Source: Alphaproteobacteria bacterium (GTDB taxonomy: Bacteria; Pseudomonadota; Alphaproteobacteria; JAAXGF01). From it: a stretch of 64,000 nt of DNA. The translations under genes and the position numbers were made by a program. Position 1 is the stretch's first letter, and every line of letters starts with the position of its first letter. The stretch spans positions 2,348,805-2,412,804 of the forward strand of contig CAUVXB020000001.1 of the NCBI GenBank assembly GCA_963555825.3, written 5' to 3'. The notes beneath the pieces were generated by a model that ran no database searches, was not told where the DNA came from, and saw only the letters and a program-made list of their open reading frames with translations. Shown piece after piece: positions 18,300 through 28,277 of this stretch.

Positions 18300-20678
18300 C
18301 TAATAAATGCCCTGCGCGCTAGCTTCGCTGGTCGGCGTGCTGGTCTCGGGCTCGGTGCCCGGCTTGAAGGCCTCGAGCAGGACACGCTCGGTGTGGGCGC
18401 CGGGCAACAGGCCGGTGGCGGCATCGACGCGCACCAGGCGGATGCCGGGCGGGATGCGGAACGGGATGATCGGCTCGCCGATCAGCGCCTCGGCCATGAA
18501 ACGCTTGAACGCCGGCACCGCGACGCGCGAGCCGGTCTCCTTGTAGCCCATCGGCGTCGGCTGGTCGAAACCGATGAAGACGCCGGCGACCAAATCGGGC
18601 GAATAGCCGATGAACCAGGTGTCGCGGTTTTTGTTGGTCGTGCCGGTCTTGCCGGCGAGCGGGCGGCCGAGCTCGCGAATGCGCCGGCCGGTGCCGCGCT
18701 CGATCACGCCGCTCATCATCGAGACCACCTGATAGGCGGTGTCGGCGCCCAGCACGCGCTCACGCTCGTCGCGCACGCGCGGCACGGGCTGGCCGTCCCA
18801 GCGCTCGGCCCGGCAGGTGTCGCAGGCGCGCGCGTCGCGCCGGTAGATGGTGACGCCATTGCGGTCTTGGATGCGCTCGATCAGCGCCGGGGTGACCCGC
18901 ATGCCGCCGTTGACGATCATCGAATACGCCGTCGCCATCCTGATCAACGTCGTCTCACCCGCGCCCAGCGCCATCGGCAGATAGAGTGGCAGCTGGTCGA
19001 CGACGCCGAGACGCTCGGCGTATTCCGCCACCGTTTCCATGGTGATCGCGCGCGCCACGCGCACGGTCATCAGGTTGCGCGATTTTTCGATGGCGACGCG
19101 CATCGGCACGGGACCGTAGAAGGTCGTCGAATAGTTGGCCGGCTTCCATTTCGGCAGGCCCGGTCCCTGCTCGATGACGATCGGCGCGTCGTCGACGATG
19201 GTGGCCGGCGTGAAGCCGTTGTCGAGCGCCGCCAGATAGACGATCGGCTTGAACGACGAGCCGGGTTGGCGCCACGCCTGGGTCGCCCTGTTGAACTGGC
19301 TGACGTCGAAGCCGTAGCCGCCGACCATGGCGAGCACGCGGCCGGTGTGCGGGTTCATCGCGACCAACGCGCCACTGACCTCAGGGATCTGGCGCAAGCC
19401 ATAGTCGCCGGGCGCGGCGGGCGCTTCCTCGGTCCCCTCGTAGGGCGAGACCAGCACGACGTCGCCCACGTCGACCCGATCGGCGGGCGTCTTGATCTTG
19501 GCGCCGACGCGCTGGCCCTTGATCCAGGTACGCGCCCAGGTCAAGGCGCCGAGCGGGATGCGCCCGGTGATGCCGTCGGCGAACGCGATGTCGGCGGCCT
19601 CGGCGGTGAGCCCGGTCACCAGGGCGAGCCGCCAGTCGCCGGCGCCGGGCGGCGCCTCGACCGCCGCGAAACGCTCCGCCCAGCCCTCTGTCATCTCGAT
19701 CCGCGCGACCGGCCCGCGCCAGCCGTGGCGCCGGTCATAGGTGATCAGGCTCGAGCGCAGCGCGCGCTCGGCGATGTCCTGCAGCCGCGGGTCGACCGTC
19801 GTGCGCACCGACAGGCCACCTTCGTAGAGACCGTGCTCGCCGTACTGGTCGTACAGCCAGCGGCGCACCTCCTCTGTGAAGTAGTCGGCCGAGACGAACT
19901 CGGTGGCCTCGCGAGAACGCACGACGAGCGGCTCGGCAATCGCCTCGGCGGCGGCGTCGGGTTCGACGAAGTTTTCCTCGAGCATGCGCGCGATGACCCA
20001 GTCACGGCGCGTCTTGGCCGCTGCCGGGTAGCGCTCGGGGTGATAATTGTTGGGCGCCTTGGGCAACGCCGCCAGATAGGCGACCTCGGCGATGCTGAGT
20101 TCGTCGAGCGACTTGTTGAAGTAGTTGAGCGCCGCCGCGGCAACGCCGTAGGATCCGAGCCCGAGATAGATCTCGTTGAGATAGAGCTCGAGGATGCGCT
20201 GCTTGGTGATGGCGCGCTCGATGCGGAGGGCGAGAATCGCTTCCTTGACCTTGCGCTCGATCGATACCTCGTTGGTCAACAGGAAGTTCTTCGCCACCTG
20301 CTGGGTGATCGTCGAGGCGCCCTGCAGCCGCCGGGTGCTACCGATGTTGAGCAGGTTGGTGACCGCGGCGCGCAGCACGCCCATCACGTCGACGCCCGGA
20401 TGCCGGAAGAAGTTTTTGTCCTCGGCCGCGAGGAAGGCGTTGATGACGCGCTTGGGCATCGCCGCGATCGGCACGAAAACGCGATGCTCGCGTGCGTACT
20501 CGGCCAACAGGCGGCCGTCGCCGGCGTGCACGCGCGTCACCACCGGTGGCTCGTAATCGGCGAGCTGCCCGTAATCGGGCAGACCGCGCCCGTAGTGGTA
20601 GACCGCATAGAACCCGCCGCCGGCGACGACGATGCCGCCGAACAGAACCAATAGGGCCAAGACCTTGAGTACTTTCAT
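18300..20678 (-). CDS. mrcA: Penicillin-binding protein 1A
   Basis: Transglycosylase motifs AEDKNFFRHPG and GASTITQQVAKN; transpeptidase motifs SSFK, SRN and KTG. Confidence 0.95.
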   Translation of the reverse strand: MKVLKVLALLVLFGGIVVAGGGFYAVYHYGRGLPDYGQLADYEPPVVTRVHAGDGRLLAEYAREHRVFVPIAAMPKRVINAFLAAEDKNFFRHPGVDVMGVLRAAVTNLLNIGSTRRLQGASTITQQVAKNFLLTNEVSIERKVKEAILALRIERAITKQRILELYLNEIYLGLGSYGVAAAALNYFNKSLDELSIAEVAYLAALPKAPNNYHPERYPAAAKTRRDWVIARMLEENFVEPDAAAEAIAEPLVVRSREATEFVSADYFTEEVRRWLYDQYGEHGLYEGGLSVRTTVDPRLQDIAERALRSSLITYDRRHGWRGPVARIEMTEGWAERFAAVEAPPGAGDWRLALVTGLTAEAADIAFADGITGRIPLGALTWARTWIKGQRVGAKIKTPADRVDVGDVVLVSPYEGTEEAPAAPGDYGLRQIPEVSGALVAMNPHTGRVLAMVGGYGFDVSQFNRATQAWRQPGSSFKPIVYLAALDNGFTPATIVDDAPIVIEQGPGLPKWKPANYSTTFYGPVPMRVAIEKSRNLMTVRVARAITMETVAEYAERLGVVDQLPLYLPMALGAGETTLIRMATAYSMIVNGGMRVTPALIERIQDRNGVTIYRRDARACDTCRAERWDGQPVPRVRDERERVLGADTAYQVVSMMSGVIERGTGRRIRELGRPLAGKTGTTNKNRDTWFIGYSPDLVAGVFIGFDQPTPMGYKETGSRVAVPAFKRFMAEALIGEPIIPFRIPPGIRLVRVDAATGLLPGAHTERVLLEAFKPGTEPETSTPTSEASAQGIY

Positions 20679-20766
20679 CGCGCCGCCGCAAACTCCCGAG
20701 CACGAGACTTCACACGCGTGTGCAACCTACATCGGAACGAGAACCTACGCAGCAAATAAGGCCGCC

Positions 20767-21966
20767 TTATGACCGGCTCGCCGACTTCCTTTCGACGAAG
20801 AACCGGTCGATGGCGCGGGCGATCGCCGTCATCAACCCGGCGCGCGTTATCGGATCGCGCAGGGCGCGTTCGTCCTCGCGGTTCGACAGATAACCCAACT
20901 CGACGAGAACCGACGGCACCTCGGGCGCCTTGAGCACACGGAAGCCGGCGAAGCGGTGGGTCTTGCGCAACAGCTTGGTCGATTTGCCGAGTTCGGTGAT
21001 CAGCACCTTGGAGAACTGCGCCGAATATTCCATCGTCTCACGCCGCGCCAGATCGATCAGAATGTAGGTGACATCCGCGTCATAGGCGCCCGACTCGAGG
21101 TCGATTCCGGCGAGCACGTCGGACTTGTTCTCGCGCGCCGCCAGCGCCGCCGATTCGGCGTCGTAGGATTTCTCGGACAAGGTATAGATGGAGGCGCCAC
21201 GCACCTTCTTGTTGGCCATCGAATCGGCGTGCAGCGAGATGAACAGATCGGCGCGCGCGTTGTGGGCAATCGCGACACGGCCGGCGAGCGGCACGAAGAT
21301 GTCGCTCGAGCGCGTCAGCAGCACGCGATAGTGGCCCGAGGCCTCGAGCTGGCGCTTGAGCTCGATCGCGGCGAGCAGGGTGAGGCGCTTTTCGCGCGTG
21401 CCGGCCGCGCTTATCGTGCCCGGGTCGACGCCGCCGTGCCCGGCATCGACGACGATCAGGGGCTTGCCGCCAATCAGTGGCGTTGGACTGGCCGTCGGTG
21501 CCGGCGGTTGCGGTTGCGGCGGCGGCGTGAGCCGGGCCTGGCGGCCGAATTCCTCGGCCGAGACGGCGCGCAGATCGATGACCAGGCGATAGCCGAAGTC
21601 AGCGGTCGGCTTGAGGGTGAACGCCCGCTCGACGACCGACGGCGTGGCGACATCGAGCACCAGCCGCGACATGCCCGGCTGAAACAGCCCATAACGGAAC
21701 CGCTGAATCACGCCGCGCATCGCCGGTGTGGTGCTCATCCGCCACTCGACCTCGGGCAAATCGACGATCACACGATAGGGCTGGGGCAGCGTGAATATGG
21801 TGTAGGCGACCTCGCCGTCGAGGTCGAGAACGACGCGCGTCGCGCCGCTATGAACGCCGATGCGCACGTCGCTGACGACCGGCTTGGCGAACGCGCCGCT
21901 GGCCGCGATCGTCGCGACGAGAATCACGCCTAGCAGATGGCTAAAGAATCGTTGCACGCGAACCAC
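20767..21966 (-). CDS. amiC: N-acetylmuramoyl-L-alanine amidase (AMIN plus Amidase_3)
   Basis: VDAGHGGVDPG, EK, FISLHAD, SVLVELGYLSN; mrcA-ami-rne synteny. Confidence 0.9.
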   Translation of the reverse strand: MVRVQRFFSHLLGVILVATIAASGAFAKPVVSDVRIGVHSGATRVVLDLDGEVAYTIFTLPQPYRVIVDLPEVEWRMSTTPAMRGVIQRFRYGLFQPGMSRLVLDVATPSVVERAFTLKPTADFGYRLVIDLRAVSAEEFGRQARLTPPPQPQPPAPTASPTPLIGGKPLIVVDAGHGGVDPGTISAAGTREKRLTLLAAIELKRQLEASGHYRVLLTRSSDIFVPLAGRVAIAHNARADLFISLHADSMANKKVRGASIYTLSEKSYDAESAALAARENKSDVLAGIDLESGAYDADVTYILIDLARRETMEYSAQFSKVLITELGKSTKLLRKTHRFAGFRVLKAPEVPSVLVELGYLSNREDERALRDPITRAGLMTAIARAIDRFFVERKSASRS

Positions 21967-22459
21967 CGATCAAGGACGCCCCGATTGGCAGAAGATTCTG
22001 CGGCAAAACAGTCACGATTGCAATGCCTTAGACAATTTTTTTGAGACGGGTCACGAACAAACGCCTCGACCCGCACGGCAACCGCTTCGACAATAAGCCA
22101 TTGTGCAGATGCCGGGCCAACCGTTATGATGGCGCCGCGAAGTACCGCAGTCGGCTCGCCTGTGTTTTAGCCCGGGCGCGCGGCGGGGCCGCCGGATCCA
22201 CCCGGTTCATGTTACCGATTTCGAGGCATCCGGTTTGTTTCCCGCTCAAGACGGTGCGGTTGATGGACGTAACCCGAAGCCGCTCCTCGACTGAAATCGA
22301 GGGCAGGACACCAAGATTTCTCCCCGTCCCGGCCAAACGTGGCCGATCGTTTCGACGGGTCCGAGATGTGGTGTTGGCGGCTTCGCCGAACTGGAGACGA
22401 GCGACGCGGCGGTAATTCGCGCTGCCGCGCAATAGGCTCGTCCTGGAGTACTATGAGAA

Positions 22460-24940
22460 ATGACAAAGCGCATGTTGATCGACTCGGCGCATCCGGAAGA
22501 AACCCGGGTGGTCGTGATCGATGGGAACCGGCTCGAGGAGTTTGACTTCGAATCGTCGACCAAGAAGCAACTCAAGGGAAACATCTATCTCGCCAAGGTT
22601 GTCCGCGTAGAACCCTCACTGCAGGCCGCGTTCGTCGATTACGGCGGCAATCGGCACGGCTTCCTGGCGTTCAACGAAATCCACCCCGACTACTATCAGA
22701 TCCCGATCGCCGACCGCCAGGCGCTGATCGAGCAGGAAGCGCGCGAGCAGCGCGAACGCGCCCGCGAACCCGACGATGCGGTCGACGGCCCGCCCGACGA
22801 CGACGCCACGGCTGACGACGACGCCACGGCTGACGACGACGACGTCACGGCTGACGACGACGACGTCACGGCTGACGACGACGCCACGGCTGATGATGGC
22901 GACGTCGCCGAGCCGACCGCGGCCGACGATGGGGCCGACGAAGATGATGACGATGACGCGGCCGAGGCCAGCGTGGCGATCGAGGAGGTCAGCGGCGACG
23001 AGATCGATGAGATCAAGCGCCGGCCCCAGCATCCATCGCGGCGCTACAAGATCCAAGAGGTCATCAAGCGGCGCCAGATCCTGCTCGTCCAGGTCGGTAA
23101 GGAGGAACGCGGCAACAAGGGCGCCGCGCTGACCAGCTATCTGTCGCTCGCCGGCCGCTACTGCGTGCTGATGCCCAACACGGCGCGCGGCGGCGGCATC
23201 TCGCGCAAGATCGTCAACCCCGACGACCGCAAGCGGCTGAAGGAGATCGCCACAAACCTGCCGGTCGCCGAAGGCATGGGCGTCATCTTGCGCACCGCCG
23301 GCATGGATCGCCGCAAGACCGAGATCGAGCACGACTTCAACTACCTGTCGCGGCTCTGGGACGGCATCCGCGATCAGACCCTGAGCTCGATCGCGCCGGC
23401 GCTGATCCATGAAGAAGCCACTCTGATCAAGCGCGCAATCCGCGATCTGCACTCGAAGGAGATCGAGGAAATCCTGGTCGAGGGCGACGACGGCTACCGT
23501 ATGGCCAAGGGCTTCATGCGCACTCTCGTGCCAAGCCACGCCAGGCGCGTCAAGGCCTATGGCGAACCGATAGCGCTGTTCCAACGCTACCAGGTCGAGA
23601 GCCAGATCGACGCCATGCACAGCCCGGTCGTGCAGCTCAAGTCGGGCGGCTACATCGTCATCAACCCGACCGAGGCGCTGGTCGCGATCGACGTCAACTC
23701 GGGCAAGGCGACGCGCGAGCGCAACATCGAGGAAACGGCGTACAAGACCAACCTCGAGGCCGCCGAGGAGGTCGCCCGTCAGCTCAGGCTGCGCGACCTC
23801 GCCGGGCTGATCGTCATCGACTTCATCGACATGGACGACTCGCGCAACAACCGCACCGTAGAGCGGCGCTTCAAGGAGGCCATCAAGAGCGACCGGGCGC
23901 GCACCCAGATGGGCCGCATCAGCCCGTTCGGCCTGATGGAGCTGTCGCGCCAGCGCCTGCGCCCGAGCCTGTTGGAGACCAGCACGCTGATTTGCCGACA
24001 CTGCGGCGGCAGCGGTCGCGTGCGCTCGATCGAATCGACGGCGCTTCACGTGCTGCGCGCCATCGAGGAGGAAGGCATCCGCGAGCGCTCCAGCGCAGTG
24101 ACCGTTGCCGTACCCTCGGCGGTCGCACTTTATGTGCTCAACCAGAAGCGCGAAGTCCTGCGCGCCATCGAGGAACGCTACGGCTTCGAGGTGACATTCT
24201 CGTCCGACGACAGCCTGATCGTTCCGGCCTTCCGGCTCGAGCGGATCCGCGCGCGTGGCGGCGAGGCCGCCGTCGAAGCGACCGAGACCGGTGACGATGC
24301 GCGCAAGGAGCGCGGCCGATGGCCGTCGCGGCAGCGCAGGGTCGACACCGAAAAGGCGCCGCCCGCCGAAGCGACCGAGGCCGTGGCGGACGTGGAGGGC
24401 CAGGCCGCCGACAGCGACGCGGAAGGCGGCGAGGCCGAGCCGCGCAAGCGCAGGCGTCGGGGCAGGCGCGGCGGCCGTCAGCGGCGCGGCGCGGCGCAGA
24501 CCGGAATCGATTCGGCCGTCGTGGAGGCCAGCGAGGCGGCGACGACCGATGGCGCCGATGCTCCGGCTGCACCGGCCGAGGAAACCGAGGAGACCGTGCC
24601 GGCAGAGCCGGCGACCGCCGAGGCCGATGCGGAAGCCGTAACCGCCGAGCCCGAAAAGAAGCCGAGGCGCCGGCGCAAACCGAAGACAGACGGCGAAAAA
24701 CCACCGCGGGCACGCCGGTCACGCAGCAAGAAGGCCGAGACGGCCGAGGTCGTCGCCCCCGTCGCCGACGACGACGCGAGCGCTGTGGCCGAGCCGCCCG
24801 CGGCCGCGCCGGAACCGCTTGCGCCGGTTGCCGAAGATCCGGCGCCGCCGCTCGCCGCCGCGGCGTCGGATGACGCACCGGCTGTCGGCGAGCCAAAGCA
24901 GTCCGGCCGGCGCGGCTGGTGGCAGCGTCTGACGAGCTGA
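22460..24940 (+). CDS. rne: Ribonuclease E
   Basis: GNIYLAKVVRVEPSLQAAFVDYG, AIDVNSG, IVIDFIDM, CxxC, disordered C-terminus ending GWWQR. Confidence 0.96.
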   Translation: MTKRMLIDSAHPEETRVVVIDGNRLEEFDFESSTKKQLKGNIYLAKVVRVEPSLQAAFVDYGGNRHGFLAFNEIHPDYYQIPIADRQALIEQEAREQRERAREPDDAVDGPPDDDATADDDATADDDDVTADDDDVTADDDATADDGDVAEPTAADDGADEDDDDDAAEASVAIEEVSGDEIDEIKRRPQHPSRRYKIQEVIKRRQILLVQVGKEERGNKGAALTSYLSLAGRYCVLMPNTARGGGISRKIVNPDDRKRLKEIATNLPVAEGMGVILRTAGMDRRKTEIEHDFNYLSRLWDGIRDQTLSSIAPALIHEEATLIKRAIRDLHSKEIEEILVEGDDGYRMAKGFMRTLVPSHARRVKAYGEPIALFQRYQVESQIDAMHSPVVQLKSGGYIVINPTEALVAIDVNSGKATRERNIEETAYKTNLEAAEEVARQLRLRDLAGLIVIDFIDMDDSRNNRTVERRFKEAIKSDRARTQMGRISPFGLMELSRQRLRPSLLETSTLICRHCGGSGRVRSIESTALHVLRAIEEEGIRERSSAVTVAVPSAVALYVLNQKREVLRAIEERYGFEVTFSSDDSLIVPAFRLERIRARGGEAAVEATETGDDARKERGRWPSRQRRVDTEKAPPAEATEAVADVEGQAADSDAEGGEAEPRKRRRRGRRGGRQRRGAAQTGIDSAVVEASEAATTDGADAPAAPAEETEETVPAEPATAEADAEAVTAEPEKKPRRRRKPKTDGEKPPRARRSRSKKAETAEVVAPVADDDASAVAEPPAAAPEPLAPVAEDPAPPLAAAASDDAPAVGEPKQSGRRGWWQRLTS
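22796..22909 (+). repeat. In-frame 18/21-bp tandem repeat inside rne
   Basis: GACGACGAC(GAC)GYCACGGCT units encoding DDDATA/DDDDVTA. Confidence 0.9.
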
Positions 24941-24956
24941 TCCTTGGTATAAGGCG

Positions 24957-26105
24957 CTAGCGCCGCCAGTCTTGCAGGCGGCGTGCCGCTTCGGCCATGT
25001 CCTCGGTCGAACCGGCGAAGGAAAATCGGACGAATGTGTTGCCGCGCCCGGGGTCGAAATCGATCCCGGGCGTTACCGCGACACCCAGCTCTTGCAGCAT
25101 GTGCCGGCAAAAGTCCTCGCTGTCGTTGGTCATGGCCGAGACGTCGGCGTAGATGTAAAATGCGCCGTCGGCCGGCGCCAGCCGGTCGAAGCCCGCCTTG
25201 GGCAGCGCCTCGAGCAGCAATTCGCGGTTGCGCGCATAGCGCGCGACGTTGGCGTCGAGCTCGTCATAGCAGTCGAAGGTCGCCAGCGCGGCCCGTTGCG
25301 ACAGTGTCGGCGGCGAGATGAACAGGTTCTGCGCCAGGCTCTCGATCGAACGCAGCAGGTCCTCGGGCACCACCATCCAGCCGAGCCGCCAGCCGGTCAT
25401 CGAAAAATACTTCGAGAAGCTGTTGATGACGATCGCGGTCTCGCTATAGGCCGCCGCGCAGGCCGCGTCGTAGCCGAAGCAGATGCCGTGATAGATCTCG
25501 TCCGACACCAGGCGGATGCCCCGGTGCGCGCAATAGACGGCAAGTTCGGCAAGGTCGTCGGGCGACAGCATGGTGCCCGCCGGGTTCGAGGGGCTCGCGA
25601 CGACCAGCCCGTCGATCGGACCCTCGATCGCATCGAGCAGCGCCACCGACGGCTGAAAGCGCGTTTCGGGGCCGGCCTCGATCGGCACCGGCTCGAGGCC
25701 CACGGCGGTCGCGATGTGGCGATACCCCGGGTAACCGGGCAGCGCCAGCGCGATCCGGTCGCCCGGATCGAAAGCCGCCAGATAGCCAAGCACGAAGGCG
25801 CCCGACGCCCCGGTCGTGACGATAATCCGTTCGAGCGGCACGTCGAGGCCGTAGAACGTTTTGTAATGGGCCGAGATGGCGGCGCGCAACTCGCGCAGAC
25901 CGAGCGCCTCGGTATAACCCAGCACGTCGGCGTCGAGCGCCGCCTTGGCCATGGCGAGCGCACCGGACGGCGCGCAGGTGCTCGGCTGGCCGACCTCGAG
26001 GTGCAGCACCTCGCCGCCCGCCGCCTCGCGCTCGCCGGCGGCGCGCATGACCTCCATCACCATGAAAGGCGGGATCGCGCCGCGCGCCGCGGCCTTGATC
26101 GCCAT
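24957..26105 (-). CDS. Class I/II PLP-dependent aminotransferase
   Basis: SPSNPAG, SDEIYHG, NSFSKYFSMTGWRLGW. Confidence 0.92.
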   Translation of the reverse strand: MAIKAAARGAIPPFMVMEVMRAAGEREAAGGEVLHLEVGQPSTCAPSGALAMAKAALDADVLGYTEALGLRELRAAISAHYKTFYGLDVPLERIIVTTGASGAFVLGYLAAFDPGDRIALALPGYPGYRHIATAVGLEPVPIEAGPETRFQPSVALLDAIEGPIDGLVVASPSNPAGTMLSPDDLAELAVYCAHRGIRLVSDEIYHGICFGYDAACAAAYSETAIVINSFSKYFSMTGWRLGWMVVPEDLLRSIESLAQNLFISPPTLSQRAALATFDCYDELDANVARYARNRELLLEALPKAGFDRLAPADGAFYIYADVSAMTNDSEDFCRHMLQELGVAVTPGIDFDPGRGNTFVRFSFAGSTEDMAEAARRLQDWRR

Positions 26106-26110
26106 CCGCT

Positions 26111-26651
26111 TAGCCCGGCCTTCTCACCATGGACAGGCGCGTCATCGCGTCGGGCGGCGCCGATCCGCCAGAAGAAGGCCGCCGCGCGTAGCCCGGGCTA
26201 CGCGCAAGGCCTTCGACGCCGCGGGCGGCCCGCCCGGCGCGACCCTTAAGGGCAGTGGATCTCGGACGACAGGCGGCGTCAAAGCGCTTGCCCGATGCGC
26301 GAGTACTCACTTGCACGATTCCACGGTACGTAGGACGGCCTTGCGCGGTCGTCCGGCAAGGCGCCCGGCGCGCCGTGATGCTGGGCGCATCACAAGCGCC
26401 GGGCAACGCCGCCGGCGGCCGCGCAAGGCCGCCCTGCGGGTCGCGTTTCCCATCCCCTCGGGGCGTCGGGAACGCTCTGCGATGCCCAGGCATCGCCGTC
26501 ACGCCCCCGCCTGCCGAGGAAACGGGAAACGCGATCCTGCGTGCCGTGGAATCGTGCAAGGGAGTACTGGCATCGTGGCCTGCACGCTTTTCCTCGCCTG
26601 TCGTCCGATATCCACCGTGCCGCACCTGTCCATGGTGAGAAGTCCGGGCTA
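26111..26651. mobile_element. 541-bp non-coding foldback/MITE-like element
   Basis: 31-bp terminal IRs TAGCCCGG(C/A)CTTCTCACCATGGACAGG(C/T)GCG with nested internal stems; no credible ORF. Confidence 0.75.
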
Positions 26652-28277
26652 GTAATTCGCCACGGTGCCGATGCCGAAGCCGCGCTGGTCGTTGCTGATC
26701 TGGCAGCCCTCGAAGCCGGTCTTGTACTCGGCCATACAGCTGATCGCATTGACACGGCCGAGCTCGGTCACGCCCAATACCTTGTAGCCGCGCCGGCTCA
26801 GCCCCTGCAGGCGCGCGCCCTGTTCGGTCGTCTCATAGATGACGACGTCGGGAAAACCGCCGTGATGGATGCGGGGCGTCTTGATCGCGACATCCAGCGG
26901 CTCGCCGTCGATCAGCGTGCGCGCCATGACCTCGGCCAGCGCCGACGGCGCCGCGGCGCCGCCCGACGCGGCGCCGGCGAACAGCACCTGTTTGGTGTCA
27001 TGGCTGACCAGCAGAACCGGCGTCTGCGACGACGTCTCGCGCCCAGCGGACGACGGCGCCGCCGCCAGAACGATACCGGTACCCGCCGCGATGCGGCCGA
27101 TGCCGAACAGGCTGTTGAGCGTGATCGTACACGCCACCGCGCCGCCGTCGCCATCGATGACGACGAAGCTCGACCCCGCCGGGCTCTCGCGGAAGGCGAC
27201 CGGCTGCGACGGCAGCGACCCGGCCGGCGTGCGCGCATCGGGCCGGTAATCGGCCATCAGGTCCTCGGCCCGGTCCTCGGAAATCTGTTCGGCGATCGGC
27301 ATGGTGGTACCGCGATCAGCGAAGGCGCGCATGCCGATGGCGGCGAGCAGATGGCCGCGCTCGTCGTCGGCGGCCCCATCGTAACGCCCGCCGTCGGTCA
27401 GCATGTTCCACATCTGCAAAAGAATGACGCCGCCGGCGCCAGGCGGCGGCACCACGTGCATGCGCTCGAACTCGTAGCGCAGCCAGATCGAATCGCGCCA
27501 TACCGGGCGGTATTCGCGCATGTCCTCGATGGTCAGCGACCCACCCGCCGCCTGCGTCGCCTCGACCAGCTTGCGCGCCAGATCGCCGTTGTAGAAGGTG
27601 CCGGGCCCACGCGTGCGGATAATCGTCAAGAGCGCGGCAAGATCGAGCTGGACCAGGGAATCGCCCTCTTGCAGCGGCGTCCCGTCGGGCCGGGCGAACA
27701 GCTTCGCCATGACCGGATCGGCGAACAGCGGGCCCGCCACCAACGCGATGTCGCGGGCCAGCGCACGCGAAATCGGATGGCCGATGCGCGCCATCTGCTC
27801 GGCCTGGCCCAGCAGCTGGCGCCACTGCAGCCGGCCATAGCGGGCCTGCAGGGCGTACATGCCACGCGGCGCCGCCGGCACGGCGTTGTTGACCGTCGCC
27901 CCGGCGCGCACGGCATTCGGCGCGGTCGCCGGAAACTCGAGCGCCTCGACGCGGTTTTCATCCGGGTCGTAGACCAGGCACGCGCCGCCGCCGCCCAGCG
28001 CGGCGCCCGCCGGATAGGTCACCGCCGAGGTGAAATAGAGCGCCACCGCGGCGTCGGCCGCATTGCCGCCCGATGCCAATATGTTGCGCGCCGCCACCAC
28101 GGAATTCGGTTCGTCGCCGACGACACCGCCGAAATAGCTCTGCTGCAGGCCGAGCGCACGCAAGGTGCCGCGCTCGGCGCATGCGCCTAGAACGAGGCCG
28201 GCAAGCACGAGGGCGGCGCATTGACGCCACCAGAGACCATGACTACGTTGCCTGAAGAGTCTAAAGCCGAATGACAT
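26649..28277 (-). CDS. Gamma-glutamyltransferase-like lipoprotein (start uncertain)
   Basis: [39 protein letters not shown]; lipobox LGAC. Confidence 0.82.
   Translation of the reverse strand: MSFGFRLFRQRSHGLWWRQCAALVLAGLVLGACAERGTLRALGLQQSYFGGVVGDEPNSVVAARNILASGGNAADAAVALYFTSAVTYPAGAALGGGGACLVYDPDENRVEALEFPATAPNAVRAGATVNNAVPAAPRGMYALQARYGRLQWRQLLGQAEQMARIGHPISRALARDIALVAGPLFADPVMAKLFARPDGTPLQEGDSLVQLDLAALLTIIRTRGPGTFYNGDLARKLVEATQAAGGSLTIEDMREYRPVWRDSIWLRYEFERMHVVPPPGAGGVILLQMWNMLTDGGRYDGAADDERGHLLAAIGMRAFADRGTTMPIAEQISEDRAEDLMADYRPDARTPAGSLPSQPVAFRESPAGSSFVVIDGDGGAVACTITLNSLFGIGRIAAGTGIVLAAAPSSAGRETSSQTPVLLVSHDTKQVLFAGAASGGAAAPSALAEVMARTLIDGEPLDVAIKTPRIHHGGFPDVVIYETTEQGARLQGLSRRGYKVLGVTELGRVNAISCMAEYKTGFEGCQISNDQRGFGIGTVANY
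28221..28249 (+). promoter_or_regulatory. Putative sigma70 promoter of the M48 protease operon
   Basis: TTGACG-N17-TACGTT ending 27 bp before the ATG. Confidence 0.5.

Noticed and set aside
18255-20654. Long antisense ORFs (799 aa here; also 36150-38612, 12702-14309, 26541-28190 and others)
   Set aside because: Shadow ORFs opposite well-supported genes, expected in high-GC DNA
22000-22459. Possible sRNA or ORF between amiC and rne
   Set aside because: Adequately explained by divergent promoters and the long rne 5' leader; no independent evidence
22796-22909. Possible CRISPR or non-coding repeat
   Set aside because: In-frame coding tandem repeat with no spacers
26110-26638. ORFs of 120-235 aa across the foldback element
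   Set aside because: Arg/Ala/Pro-rich with no motifs; both strands give similar peptides because of the palindromy
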